DNA of 63,765 bases, filler included, from Parasitella parasitica NRRL 2501 (Eukaryota; Fungi; Mucoromycota), in the NCBI GenBank assembly GCA_025201805.1. It is 12 parts of 12 records of this genome, joined end to end, with 100 filler letters (N's around TTAATTAATTAA, not from the genome) between each part and the next. Parts side by side here need not be neighbours in the genome. Positions count along the whole stretch, not along the records: positions 62,676 to 63,765 come from MU619335.1; 11 more parts are not named here. The stretch is one strand, 5' to 3'. The notes under the pieces are model-generated. The model worked only from the letters and a program-made list of their open reading frames with translations, did not search any database and was not told where the DNA came from. Position 1 is the stretch's first letter. The number at the start of each line of letters is the position of its first letter. The position numbers were made by a program, and so were the translations under genes. Below are positions 62,890 to 63,765 of this stretch, piece after piece.

Positions 62890-63110
62890 GTTAGCACAAA
62901 GTTAACATGGTACTTAAGCAGTATTGTAGTACACGTTCAATTGCGAGAGTAGAACATTTATCCATAGCTTGAGTATATAAAGGTTCATTTACCTGGCCAG
63001 TAGATGAACGAGAGCTTTATAAACCTGTCGATTCGATAATAAAGACCTATACCTTCATCAAATTGACATTATTGTTTTTCTATTATAATTTTTTTCCCGT
63101 AAATCCATAT
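62890..63110 (+). mobile_element. Diverged LTR family A fragment
   Basis: GGTTAGCACAAAGTTAA..TATATAAAGGTTCATTTACCTGGCCAGTAGATG..AATCCATAT matches 47084-47303. Confidence 0.75.
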
Positions 63111-63635
63111 TACAGCTTGTAATAAAATTGGGATCAATTTTATGTGAAAATAAAAAAAAGTAAAAAAATAAAGCCAGAAAAATACAATCATAGTCTTTCT
63201 ACCTTTGTTTTCGATTAAAAGAAAACTGAAGAAAAGATACATGCTCTTTAAGAGAGCTTGTATTTATACTACTTGTAAAATTGCCTCACTACAGTGAGAA
63301 AGCTTATTTTACAGCTTATTTGAAGAATGACTTTTGTTGACATTCTCTCACTTGTATTGTAGTTGAGATTTCGATATGTTGGTATTGAAATTGATACTAT
63401 GGTTTTGGGCAGGATTGTAATCTTTGAGGATCCTGATTATTTCTAATGCGACTGAGCTTTCCTTATTGTGTAATAAACAAGCCATTTCTGGCATCTAGAA
63501 TTATTGCAATTCTTTTAACAATTGCATTGTTTATACATGTTTGGAATTTGTTTATTTATGATTATGAGCAGCGTTGTTCAACATTAGCATGTGCCAGGGT
63601 TGTTGGAGATTGTATTTTGATCAGTAATGCACAAG

Positions 63636-63765
63636 TGATGTGTCAATTTCCCAACCGGAAGTCAAACTCAAGTAAACTCAATCCTGAACACAATTTAGGA
63701 ACATATCCCAATGGATCATGTTCCTTATTTATAACTTAACATGACATGTTCATGGACAATAGATA
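63636..63765 (+). mobile_element. LTR family B, truncated by the window end
   Basis: TGATGTGTCAATTTCCCAACCGGAAGT start is identical to 18155. Confidence 0.88.

Overview
Eukaryotic, intron-rich fungal DNA, most consistent with Mucorales (50-80 nt GT-AG introns; gene and TE content), from a draft assembly. Eleven 100-nt N/TTAATTAATTAA/N spacers join contigs artificially, so adjacency across them is not biological evidence. The left ~38 kb is mostly housekeeping genes: GATA-type zinc-finger protein, XMAP215/Stu2 TOG protein, Avt2-like transporter, IF1-like ATPase inhibitor, Mix17/CHCHD2, V-ATPase subunit C, a CH-domain/Cdc15-like kinase/C1 protein, amino-acid permease, UBE2W-like E2, FOL1, Pmp3-family protein and a Whi5/Nrm1-like protein. 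Positions 14-21 kb and 38-64 kb are decayed-transposon territory: two Fanzor/TnpB-like remnants, two Helentron-type rolling-circle copies, several solo-LTR families with 5-bp TSDs, Ty3/gypsy, LINE, Tc1 and MULE fragments, and two tRNA genes. Best leads: (1) the UBE2W gene needs both a 1-nt exon and a [D1,2] spliceosomal twin intron to encode its conserved motifs; (2) two tail-to-tail Fanzor remnants share a hairpin plus ~120 nt plus TACG(G/T)ATGCA(G/A) end, a candidate omegaRNA; (3) a ~375-bp structured non-coding core is far better conserved than its flanks between two copies; (4) the same short LTR-like modules are stacked 35-55 nt downstream of two different tRNA genes. All family assignments are by eye from motifs; no database search was run.
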